Origin: Octopus sinensis
Taxonomy: Eukaryota
Assembly: GCF_006345805.1 (NCBI RefSeq)
Contig: NW_021833349.1
Span: 1-29,623, forward strand
Direction of reading: 5' to 3'
DNA: 29,623 nt
Both the position numbers and the translations under genes were made by a program. Under the pieces are notes generated by a model. It saw only the letters and a list, made by a program, of their open reading frames with translations, did not search any database and was not told the DNA's origin. Positions 1 to 9,790 of this stretch are shown here, piece by piece; within the stretch, counting starts at the first letter, position 1, and each line of letters starts with the position of its first letter.

Positions 1-267
1 GAAGGGACATATTCATACGGCACAGAATGTTTTTTTACCTCAATACACGCCATTGACTAGTTGAAATTGGAGAAATTGTAGAAAAAAAACAACAAATATC
101 CTACAAACTATAGAATTTTCTCAATAAAGCCAAAAGAAAAAGATGTTTTATGAACACATTCTACCAGTATACGAAGTTACCTAGAAATTATTTAAAAAAA
201 TTGCCGTTCAAACCGAAAAGATCCAAAATATTGCATTTCCAAACGTCTGAAGCTGCCTTTCGAGGAA

Positions 268-741
268 ACCAAAAGAATACCCTCCATCAGGCATTTGCCA
301 TATCCTGAACGCTTTACTTCCCTGGGCATGGACACATTGAAACTCCGACGTCTGGCAGCTGACTTGGCAGACACCCATAAAATTATCAACCATCTTACAA
401 ACAATAACTCTGAGCACCTTTTCAAACTCCACCCATCTAACACCTGTGGACATATTTACAAAGTAAGAAAACAGCACAGCTCCCATGACTTCATGAAACA
501 TTTTTTCACGCTGAGAGTTGCTGAAGCATGGAACAAACTGCCGGCATCAGTTGTTAGTTGTTGGAGCACTGCATCCTTCAAAACTTCCATGCTTCCTGAG
601 ATTCACCAACACTACACTTGATTTTCTCCCCTCCATACACACACAAGCATGTATCTGACTCATACATTGTTCGCTTTCCAGACATTTTTACATTACTGCA
701 TGTACTTTATATGCACTTTCTGACATTATTATTATTATTAT
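268..741 (+). mobile_element. 5'-truncated CR1-clade LINE: ORF2 C-terminus, 3' UTR and (ATT)n tail
   Basis: Frame 268-621 reads TKRIPSIRHLPYPERFTSLGMDTLKLRRLAADLADTHKII...TCGHIYKVRK...KHFFTLRVAEAWNKLP...SFK. This matches the CR1 RT C-terminal pattern (TK.IP....L.Y.ERL..L...LE.RRL..DL; RGH..K; FF..RV...WN.LP). The element ends in attattattatt at about 725-741. Confidence 0.85.
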
Positions 742-985
742 ATAAATTTAATCGAGGCTGGGTCTTGATTAGTGCGACTCGAAATTTCACTTTTTGGTCC
801 ATGAAGCGTTTGTAAAAATATAAAGGACCACGTAGAAAGAATATGCAGACGGAATGTGGATTGTGAAGATAGCAGAAAGGGAAACAAGGAGGATGAAATC
901 GGAAGGCGGTTGTATTTGAACTATACGTCCGCAGAGTTCGAACTTACAGATTGTAGGCTCAAGCAGGTTCCTTTGAGGATTAATT

Positions 986-1500
986 CCTTTCTACTCTAGG
1001 CACAAAGCGCGAAATGTTTGGAGAAGGGACGAGTCGATTACATCGGCAGGATTTGAACTCACAATGTAAACCCGGACAAAATACCTATTTCTTTACTACC
1101 CACAAGGGGCTAAACATAGAGTTGACAAACAAGGACAGACAAAGGGATTAAGTCGATTACATCGACCCCAGTGCGTAACTGGTACTCAATTTATCGACCC
1201 CGAAAGGATGAAAGGCAAAGTCGACCTCGGCGGAATTTGAACTCAGAACGTAGCGTCAGACGAAATACCTATTTCTTTAATACCCACAAGGGGCTACATA
1301 CAGAAGGGATAAACAAGGACAGACAAACGGATTAAGTCGATTACATCGACCCCAGTGCGTAACTGGTACTTATTTAATCGACCCCGAAAGGATGAAAGGC
1401 AAAGTTGACCTCGGTGGAATTTGAACTCAGAACGTAACGGCAGACGAAATACAGCTAAGCATTTCGCCCGGCGTGCTAACGTTTCTGCCTGCTCACCGCC
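986..1500 (-). mobile_element. tRNA-derived SINE family A, tandem array (head, two full body-tail units, one internally deleted unit with the alternative tail)
   Basis: Head GGCGGTGAGCAGGCAGAAAC at 1500 with B-box-like GAGTTCAAATTCC. Units start at 1270 and 1086 (184-bp period). 986-1085 carries the alternative tail GTGCCTAGAGTAGAAAGG. Confidence 0.9.
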
Positions 1501-1656
1501 TTAACTAAAAGAATATTACGTATGAAATAAACGCGATGGTCACGGCTGTGACGGTATTACCTTGTTAGAGTTAACTAATTAAATTAATCTACTAATTAAA
1601 TTTATTTGCTTGATAAATATCCTGGGTAAAAGAACACACTAGTTATGTTCTGAGAT

Positions 1657-1792
1657 ATTTGCTTGATTTAGTCATTGGACTGCGGCCATGCTGGGGCACT
1701 GCTTTGAAGGGTTTAATGGAACAAATCGACTGCAGTACTTTTGCCGAACCGCTAGGTTACAAACACGTGAACAAACCAACACCGGTTGTCAA
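1657..1792 (-). mobile_element. SINE family B, 3' fragment with internal deletion
   Basis: GTCATTGGACTGCGGCCATGCTGG...TTGCCGAACCGCTA...CCGGTTGTCAA matches the full copies at 9836-10232 and 27041-27448. Confidence 0.8.
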
Positions 1793-1794
1793 AC

Positions 1795-1836
1795 ACGATC
1801 ATGAGCCGAATGCCCTAACCACTAAGCCATGCGCCC
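1795..1836 (-). mobile_element. SINE family C, tRNA-like head only
   Basis: Reverse complement reads GGGCGCATGGCTTAGTGGTTAGGGCATTCGGCTCATGATCGT (A-box TGGCTTAGTGG); near-identical to 2172-2213. Confidence 0.75.
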
Positions 1837-2054
1837 TCAAGTCTAAGTTACAACAGCAGCCGTTCAAGAATTTGGACCTGGAGATCTCCATTTCCAGCGA
1901 CTTTGAGAGTCACCTTCCAGTGGTGTCGGGTATCAACGAAGAGTCCTCGACTACAACAAGACAACCAAAGTTTTTTATTTTTTCCAAGGTCTGGGGGTCT
2001 CCCGCCCCTAATCCCTAGACCATCACCTAATCACCCTTACCCGTCTTGTTGCTT

Positions 2055-2086
<32 letters not shown>

Positions 2087-2088
2087 AA

Positions 2089-2213
2089 CAGCTGAGTGGA
2101 CTGGAGCAACGCAAAATAAAGTGTCTTGCTCAAGGACACAACGCGTCACCGGAAATCGAACTCACAACCTAACGATCATGAGCCGAATGCCGTAACCACT
2201 AAGCCACGCGCCC
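2089..2213 (-). mobile_element. SINE family C (tRNA head plus CORE/Meta-like central domain), 3'-truncated
   Basis: Minus strand has A-box TGGCTTAGTGG, B-box-like GTTCGATTTCC, then TGTGTCCTTGAGCAAGACACTTTATTTTGCGTTGCTCCAGTCCACTCAGCTG, which is shared with 8541-8806. Confidence 0.8.
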
Positions 2214-2773
2214 TCATATCTAAGCTACAACAGCAGCAACCGAGAGCCACCGATCAGTTTTTTGCACACTTAAAAAAATCGTTATATATAAACATTTGCT
2301 GCTTGTGTCATTTCGACGGATTTTTTTTCTTCTTATACAATGAAGCTTCGTACTTATAGACAATACAGATTACTTCCCCTTTCTGCTCTCCTTCGTAACG
2401 CAATTAACCACAATCTATATTTACTCGGCGAAACTATTTTACACGATGCTGCATGCTGTAATGTGTCACACACAATAATTACCCCTTCCCCACCTTGTAT
2501 TTACTTTTCCACATTTATTTCTTGACATTTCTGTTCCCCTTTAGGAAACAGGGCGCGGTTTAACATTACACAGACTTTATTAATTAGTCGCAAGCTGTTG
2601 ACCGTTTTTAGCGCATAGAGAATGCTATGTACAGTAACTGATGGTTAGTTATCTTCAATGAATTTATCTTTGTGCGTATAGATATATACATATATATACA
2701 TACACATCGTACATGCATATTCACACACACACACATACACACAGAGACACAGTGACACACACGCACGCATATT

Positions 2774-3157
2774 CATAGAGTGTCCCAAAAATATATGCAT
2801 ACTTTAACAGCTGATAATTCACTTAATTTTCATTTCCTTTTAGGTTTAACCCATTAAAAATAACGAAGGGAGCCCGGCTGAGCTTTGAACAAAGGAAATT
2901 TAGGCGGAAATGTTAATAGAAGTTTGGAAATGCAGTCGAAGTGCTCAGACGGTTTCGTGGGGTAGTTTAAAACGAATCCACCCGCGCTACTTAACAACAC
3001 TCGAATTGGAAATAAGGTTGGAGCTGATAAAACTAATGAGGATGTTCACAAGAAATACTATGGAAGGCCGCGGACATCGATGATCCATACAAAGCGCGCA
3101 AGGGTTTTGAGAAACGGAGTACGGCAAGCGAGTTGATAAGATAAAGGTTTCAATAAA
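2774..3157 (+). mobile_element. Decayed Tc1/mariner-superfamily transposon 5' end (DUF4817-like HTH N-terminus)
   Basis: TIR-like CATAGAGTGTCCCAAAA at 2774. Conceptual translation from about 2868, with stops and one frameshift: GARLSFEQRKF.RKC**KFGNAVEVLRRFR/FKTNPP...RIGNKVGAD...DVHKKYYGRPRTS. This is the HTH plus GRPR linker typical of Tc1/mariner transposases. Confidence 0.75.
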
Positions 3158-3567
3158 GGCGGCGAGCTGGCAGAAATGTTAGCACACCGGGCGAAATTCT
3201 TAGCGGTATTTCCTCTGCCGTTATGTTCTGAGTTCAAATTCCACCAAGGTCGACTTTGCCTTTCATCCTTTCGGGGTCGATAAATTGAGTGCCAGTTACG
3301 CACTGGGGTCGATATAATCGACTTAATCCGTTTGTCTGTCCTTGTTTGTTCTCTGAGTTTAGCCTCTTGTGGGTAGTAAAGAAACAGGTATTTCGTTTGC
3401 TTCTACGTTCTATGTTCAAATTCTGCGACGGGTCGACTTGCCTTTCATCCTTTCGGGGTAGATTAAATAAGTACAGTTATGCCCTGGAGTCGTATAATCG
3501 ACTTAATCCGTTTGTCTGTCCTTGTTCGTCCCTCCCGTGTGTAGCCCTTGTGGGCAGTAAAGAAATA
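3158..3567 (+). mobile_element. SINE family A, head plus two tandem body-tail units
   Basis: GGCGGCGAGCTGGCAGAAA head; units start at GTATTT 3206 and 3388 (182-bp period). Degenerate TSD: AGATAAAGGTTTCAATA before, AGATAAGGTTTTCAATA after. Confidence 0.9.
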
Positions 3568-3656
3568 AAGATAAGGTTTTCAATATCAAGCAATATTTCT
3601 TTTCCAGACATTTATGCTAGGGCACAGCTTTGTAGGGTTTCATCGAACAAATCGAT

Positions 3657-3659
<3 letters not shown>

Positions 3660-3710
<51 letters not shown>

Positions 3711-3790
3711 TATGTATGTATGTGTATGTATGTATGTGGTGTATGTGTGAGTGGTGTGTAAAATATATTGTATATATGTGATATGAATAT
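3660..3790. repeat. (TA)n/(TG)n/(TATG)n compound microsatellite
   Basis: Directly visible. Confidence 0.9.
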
Positions 3791-4001
3791 GAATACACGC
3801 ACACATAAAATGGAACAAAAACGAAACAGAGAACAATAAAACATTCGGACAGAGAGAAGATACAAAGGGACAGAGAAACACAATTAGAAGGACAGGGAAA
3901 AAAAAAGGACGGGTCATTCGTGGCCTTCTTTCTTCAGTCAAGTTACAAGATATCCTTACTCTTTCGGGCAATTACACGTGTGGCAGTTCAATCTGGTTGC
4001 C

Positions 4002-4039
<38 letters not shown>

Positions 4040-4214
4040 AACTTTTCTGTAGTTAGACGACGTATGAGATTTCGACAATTTCTTACCGAACAACCAGACA
4101 AAAGATTTGTTTATTGTGATCAAATCTTTGTGTAGACATAAGCTCACTCCTTCCATCAAATCGACATTACCAAAACAGGTGCAACTGGGTCCACATATCA
4201 GTGCCGAAGTGATC

Positions 4215-4330
4215 GCAGAGCACCGTGAAATGAAGTGCTTTGCTCAAGAATACAACGCAACGCCCGGTCTAAGAGTCGAACCTACGATTTCGCAATTGTG
4301 ATTGCAGCACCTTAACCACTGAGCAATGTG
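4215..4330 (-). mobile_element. SINE family C, diverged 5' part
   Basis: GAGCACCGTGAAATGAAGTGCTTTGCTCAAGAATACAAC...GTCGAACC...TAACCACTGAGC resembles 2089-2213. Confidence 0.65.
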
Positions 4331-4334
4331 TGAT

Positions 4335-4690
4335 TCTTCTTTTCTTGTCTTGAGACAGCATTCACCCGGGGTGGGTTGAGCTTGCTTCTTTCATCCTCAA
4401 TGCTGCATCTCTCACAAACGCCGACCAGACCTGGCGATTTGAGGCTAACGACCGCGTGATCTCCAGCCACTCCTTATTCCAGCGGCGAACGCCGTAGATA
4501 TGGGGGCCTAGGTTGGGTTGCAGATCAGCCTTGACTGTCATCAGCCAGGTTTTTCATTGTCCACCACATCGCTTTCGCCAACCCTGAAGGGGAGCTGGGG
4601 CAATTGCTTCGTAGGTGAATTCTCGCTCATAGATGAATTGACGCGCTCGCTGCCCCAGAGAGGCGAGTGTTAAATCGGCAAACAGGGATG
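4335..4690 (-). mobile_element. RTE-clade LINE 3' end (ORF C-terminus and short tail)
   Basis: Minus strand reads EREFTYEAIAPAPLQGWRKRCGGQ*KTWLMTVKADLQPNLGPHIYGVRRWNKEWLEITRSLASNRQVWSAFVRDA...HPG* (stop at 4362-4364), then a short UTR ending CAAGACAAGAAAAGAAG. The W.K..GGQ.KTW...GP..YG.RRW pattern is characteristic of RTE C-termini. The 5' boundary is approximate. Confidence 0.8.
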
Positions 4691-4721
4691 CTAATACGAC
4701 ACGGAATGTGTGATCGTTCTC

Positions 4722-4810
4722 CGCACAGTTCTCGTCTACCAAATTCACTCATAAAACATTGGTCCACCCTTCAATACAGTAGAAGGACACTTGCCCTCAA
4801 GATGCCACGA
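4722..4810 (-). mobile_element. SINE family B, diverged internal fragment
   Basis: CGTCTACCAAATTCACTCA...AGTAGAAGGACACTTGCCCTCAAGATGCCACG matches 10090-10165. Confidence 0.7.
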
Positions 4811-5483
4811 AATTATTTTGGTTGCCAAGTGTGTGATTCTTAACCAAACAACGTCTTATGATATTTTTTCTATGTATCCTACAACATTTTTCTATAGGAA
4901 TATTCCTGGAAAAAAACCCATCGTGGTTAAATGAATATCGAACCATTTGGTTGAACTGAGAAGTGAAAAGAAGAAATCTTTTTCTCCATTGCTCACTCAG
5001 CAAAAAGCAGTAAAAAATGGGGGGAATTTTCTGTGGCCAAGCTGTTTTTGAAAGCACGAAGAAATCTCTAAGCAATAGACTCCTCACTTCTGGAAACAAT
5101 TGATTTTCATCGACATTTTACGAATTTTCATTTCAATTAATTCCTGCCTACGCAGACTTTCGTCAGCTTCTTAGGACTGCGGCTAAAAGTTTGCTAAATT
5201 TATTTGCCGACGAGAGTGGGTTGTATTCAACTAATAAACAACTAAATATTCCAGTGTTTATTGGTCCTCTCCTGACAGTTTGAAGCAGAATTACACATAA
5301 AATCTCAATATAATAGAAAATTAATCAAATATCCATCAAATTACATAGATTAGCGAATGTCTACAAGTATTATTTGTCTGCCTTTCCTTGCTGGCTGTTT
5401 TTGAAATAAGTGCTACAATTACATAAAACCATGTTTACATTTTAGCTTCAGACGGACACAAAACACAGACGGCGATATTGTTA

Positions 5484-5487
5484 TGCT

Positions 5488-5556
<69 letters not shown>

Positions 5557-5948
5557 TATGTATGTATGTATGTATGTATGTATGTATGTATGTATGTATG
5601 AAAGTGTGTGTATGTATGTATGTTTGTATGTATGAAAATCTGTGTGTATGTACGTGTGTATGTATGTATATATGTGTGGTGTATGTATGTATGTATGTAT
5701 GTATGTATGCGTGTGTGTGTATGTATATATTACTTTCAATCCTGTTCTCTCTAAATTCTAAATATGGGTGTATGTCTGTATGCATATGTGTATGGAGTCT
5801 TTGAGTGTGAGGGAGCGTATGTGTGTCTGTGTTGTGTGTATGTGTTATGTATAATATATATATATATAATATATATATGTTTGTCTGTATGTATAAAATT
5901 ATACACTTATATAAAAACACTGCATGAACACAGATACAATATATGATA

Positions 5949-5980
<32 letters not shown>

Positions 5981-6038
5981 ATATATATATTATATATATA
6001 TATAATATATATGTGTATATATATATATTATATATATA

Positions 6039-6089
<51 letters not shown>

Positions 6090-6150
6090 ATATATGTGTG
6101 TGTGTATATATATATATATATACATACATACACACACACACATATATATT
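5484..6150. repeat. Compound microsatellite block (TG)n/(TATG)n/(TA)n
   Basis: Directly visible; source of the VC/MY/IY-rich ORFs. Confidence 0.9.
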
Positions 6151-6266
6151 AATCGTTTATACATTTGCAAACAAGAATTTGAAATCGAAAAATAACTGAT
6201 GAAACGCACGCGATTCTCATGTTGAGATGACAGCGAAGTATTGTTGTTATACATAGTTAATTATTT

Positions 6267-6267
6267 T

Positions 6268-6299
<32 letters not shown>

Positions 6300-6368
6300 G
6301 AGAGAAAGAGAGAAAGAGAGAGAGAGGGAGAGGAAGAAAGAGAGAGAGGGAGAGGGATAAAGAGAGAA
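6267..6368. repeat. (GA)n-rich purine tract
   Basis: Directly visible. Confidence 0.9.
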
Positions 6369-6522
6369 GGAAGTGATGGGGGTGCGGATGGATTTTTTTT
6401 TGAGGTGTTAAATGGGATGTTTGTTTGCTCCATAACACTAAGATTGCAGTTTCGACTCTGGGCTGTTGAAAGGCTGTGTCACATTAATTGTATTGCAATG
6501 AAGTGAATCATCAGTGTTGTTT

Positions 6523-6546
6523 GGTGTGTGTGTGTGTGTGTGTGTG

Positions 6547-6595
<49 letters not shown>

Positions 6596-6602
6596 TGTGT
6601 GT
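6523..6602. repeat. (GT)n microsatellite
   Basis: Directly visible. Confidence 0.9.
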
Positions 6603-6683
6603 CCTGAATTCCTAAAGTTAATTGTTGCATCAAAAACAAAATATGTATAAATATGTGTGTGGGATATAAATAACATACATATA

Positions 6684-6820
6684 GGTGCAGGAGTGGCTGT
6701 GCGGTAAGAAGCTTGCTTACTAACCACATGGTTCCGGGTTCAGTCCCACTGCGTGGCACATTGGGTAAGTGTCTTCCTTGTGAATGGATCTGGTAGACGG
6801 AACTGAAAGAAGCCCGCCGT
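6684..6820 (+). mobile_element. SINE family B, 5' part with internal deletion
   Basis: GGTGCAGGAGTGGCTGTGCGGTAAG (A-box), GGTTCAGTCCC (B-box), ...GGTAGACGGAACTGAAAGAAGCCCGCCGTATA. Confidence 0.85.
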
Positions 6821-7038
6821 ATATATATATATATATATATATGATAAAAATGGTAAGACAACAAAACAATGAAAGAGACCTCTCTATTATGTAAATAGAA
6901 GAATTTATCTGTAAATGTAATATGTATTTTTCCGATAGCCGGATAACTGAAGAGATGGCGGCGTGGATTTCCACCTCGGCATCCGAAACTCGGAGTTTTA
7001 TCATGGCTACCGAATAATTGTACATATTACATTTTCGG

Positions 7039-7112
<74 letters not shown>

Positions 7113-7149
7113 TTATGTATGTTGTAGTATGATGTATGTATGTATGTAG

Positions 7150-7180
<31 letters not shown>
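7039..7180. repeat. (TA)n/(TATG)n microsatellite
   Basis: Directly visible. Confidence 0.9.
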
Positions 7181-7181
<1 letters not shown>

Positions 7182-7634
7182 ATTATAATTAAGGGTGTCT
7201 AAGTACCACCATGCTAGATATAGCAGCCAAAACTTGACTCTAAAACCACATTAAATGTTCATACAGTACCAGGAGAAAAGACAAGTAGACAAAATAAACT
7301 AGCAAAAAATTATTGGATAATTCCAGATCCCGGATTTCTGGCTTGCATAAAAAATACTTTGCCTCTTCAGTGGAATACACACAAATAGTACATAAATACA
7401 AATGTATATATAATGCATATATATAATATATATATATAGATATATATATATATATATGTGTGGTGTGGGTGTGTGTGTGTTGTATACACAACATACGAAT
7501 ACGTACATATACGCATGTATAAAACAATATATATATCATATGCACGTATGCACACGACCAGTTTAAATTAGATATGGTCAAAACACCACCGAAGTTGAAT
7601 TTATAATAATTTATATATATGTATGTATATATGT

Positions 7635-7835
7635 ATTTGTGTGTCTGTGTTCCCCCACTCCCACCATCACTTGACAACCGATGCTGGTGTGTTTACGTTC
7701 CGTAACTTAATGGCCCAGCAAAAGAGACCGATAAAATAGGCTTACAAAAAATAAGCCCCGGGGTCAAATTGTTCGTCCAAAGGCGGAGCCCCAGAATGCC
7801 GCAGTCAAATGACTGAAACAGGTAAAGAAATACAA
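7635..7835 (+). mobile_element. SINE family B, 3' half
   Basis: CTTGACAACCGATGCTGGTGTGTTTACG...GCAAAAGAGACCGATA...GCCGCAGTCAAATGACTGAAACA. Confidence 0.85.
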
Positions 7836-7849
7836 GAACTAAAAGAAAT

Positions 7850-8185
7850 ATACATAATACATACATACAAACACACACACACACACATAATATACACATA
7901 TACATATACATATACATACATACATATATATATATATCTATATATAATATATATATATTATCTATTATATATATATGTGTATGTCTCTATATAATATATA
8001 TGGTCTGTGTGTATGCATATGTAATATTGTGTGTATATATCATGTATCTATGTATTATACAACATTCACACCTACATATATATATATATAGATATACATA
8101 TACATACCTATATTTATATATATACATATATTCTTGTGTGTGTGTATGGTGTGTGAGTGTGTGGTGTGTGTGTGTAAGTGTGTGT
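7850..8185. repeat. Compound (CA)n/(TA)n/(TG)n low-complexity block
   Basis: Directly visible. Confidence 0.85.
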
Positions 8186-8540
8186 GTCAAGGGGTGACAG
8201 TTTATCACGTGTTCGTTGATTGCTTATTTGTGTCAATTCTATCAAATTTACCGAAATTACGTAGACATTGTTGTCAGTCTAACTATATAACCCTTCCTAT
8301 GTCTCTCACACATTCCCCCTTCTCCTTCTCCTTTCTTTTCCATTTGTTCTTAGACACACCTACCCACATATACATATACATAAGCATACACACACGCACA
8401 CACGCACACACACATACACACACTCACACATTGACTCACGCAATATGTACATTGTAAGAAAGCACACACTAATATCGTAGTACATGTTAATTTGTCAACC
8501 ATTTTCTCCTCTATGGAGCCCTTTGATTCATGTTTTACCC

Positions 8541-8806
8541 AGACGTGTGGCTTAGTGGTTAGGATGTTTAGTAGTTAGGTATTGGACTCATCGTAAGAAT
8601 GTGGTTTCGATTCCTGGACCAGGAATTGTGTTCTTGGGTTGAGTTCTTGAGCAAAACACTTCATTTCATGCTGCTCCAGTCCACTCAGCTGGTAAAAATG
8701 AGTAATCCTGCGACGTACCGGCGTCCCGTCCAGGTGAGGAATACATGCGAAACCGGCCCCAATGAGTCGGCATGACTCGAACAGGTAACTTTACCTTTAC
8801 TTTTAC
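8541..8806 (+). mobile_element. SINE family C, near full length
   Basis: A-box TGGCTTAGTGG, B-box-like GGTTTCGATTCC, central TTGAGCAAAACACTTCATTTCATGCTGCTCCAGTCCACTCAGCTGG, then GCGTCCCGTCCAGG and a CTTTAC-repeat tail. Confidence 0.8.
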
Positions 8807-9131
8807 AGATGGACCCCTCATCACTATTTCATGTTTTAAAAAATGCCTTCAGTACTTTTAGAATTAAATATTATTAGGAATTGTATAAAAAAAAATTGAG
8901 ATATATGTATAAAGCAATTTAGTGTACATAAATTTTAACAACGAAATCTTATTTAGACTCCCAAGGGAGTTACAATAAATGTATTGTAATGAAGGGAATC
9001 ATGTGTGTGTGCATGTGTGTGTGTGTGTGTGTGTGTGTATGCGTGTGCGTGTATGTGCCCTAAATTCCAAAAGTTGCATCAAAAACAAAATATATATAAA
9101 TACTTGTATGGGATATAAATACATACATATA

Positions 9132-9212
9132 GGTGCAGGAGTAGTTGTGTGGTAAGAATCTTGTTTACCAACTACATGTTTCCGGGTTCAGTCCCACGGC
9201 TTGGCACATTGG
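9132..9212 (+). mobile_element. SINE family B head (duplicate of 6684-6764)
   Basis: GGTGCAGGAGTAGTTGTGTGGTAAG...GGGTTCAGTCCC...GGCACATTGG. Confidence 0.8.
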
Positions 9213-9286
9213 TTGAGAATCACTGGGCTAAAGGAAGCATTTATACACGTTGTTTGATCCAAAGACACTGGCTACGTCGGAGTACC

Positions 9287-9517
9287 TATTTCTTTACTAC
9301 CCACAAGGGGCTACACACAGAGGGGACAAACAAGGACAAACAAACGGGTTAAGCCGATTACATCAACTCCAGTGCGTAACTGGTACTTAATTTATCGACC
9401 CAGAAAGGATGAAAGACAAAGTCGACCTCGGCGGAATTTGAACTCAGAACGTAACGGCAGACGAAATACGGCTACGCATTTCGCCCGGCGTGCTAACGTT
9501 TTCTGCCAGCTCGCCGC
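9287..9517 (-). mobile_element. SINE family A, monomeric full-length copy with 16-bp TSD
   Basis: Complete head-body-tail. Flanked by GCTACGTCGGAGTACC (9271-9286) and GCTAAGCCGGAGTACC (9521-9536), 2 mismatches. Confidence 0.9.
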
Positions 9518-9643
9518 TTTGCTAAGCCGGAGTACCGCAGTTGCTCTGCAACATATGAAGATAGTCTGGGCCATGATCAATGTTTATGTAAATGAAATAA
9601 ACTAAATGAATGAATCTCGAATATAGCTTGTAAACAAAATATA

Positions 9644-9779
9644 CGAGGGGTGTATGAAAAGTCTTGAGCCTCAAAAAAGACAAAACAAAACATGGTACAA
9701 GACTTCTGATGAAGATACAAGACTTGTACCTTCAAGGCTCAAAGGTCTTGAAGGCACAAAACTTTTCATACACCCCTCG
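9644..9779. mobile_element. 136-bp Tc1/mariner-type MITE
   Basis: Perfect 19-bp TIR CGAGGGGTGTATGAAAAGT / ACTTTTCATACACCCCTCG, extendable to about 28 bp with 2 mismatches. TA on both sides (9642-43, 9780-81). Confidence 0.9.
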
Positions 9780-9790
9780 TATATAGAATA

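Noticed and set aside
1-267. Non-simple sequence ending GCTGCCTTT before the CR1 fragment; possibly the end of a non-autonomous DNA transposon
   Set aside because: It is cut by the window edge; there is no second terminus, TSD or coding motif to support a call.
9700-9750. CTGATGA followed by a short stem, resembling a hammerhead ribozyme core
   Set aside because: There is no downstream GAAA or stem III, and it lies within the internal duplications of a MITE. Other CTGATGA hits (about 6196, about 17251, minus strand at about 6507 and 4538) also lack the core.
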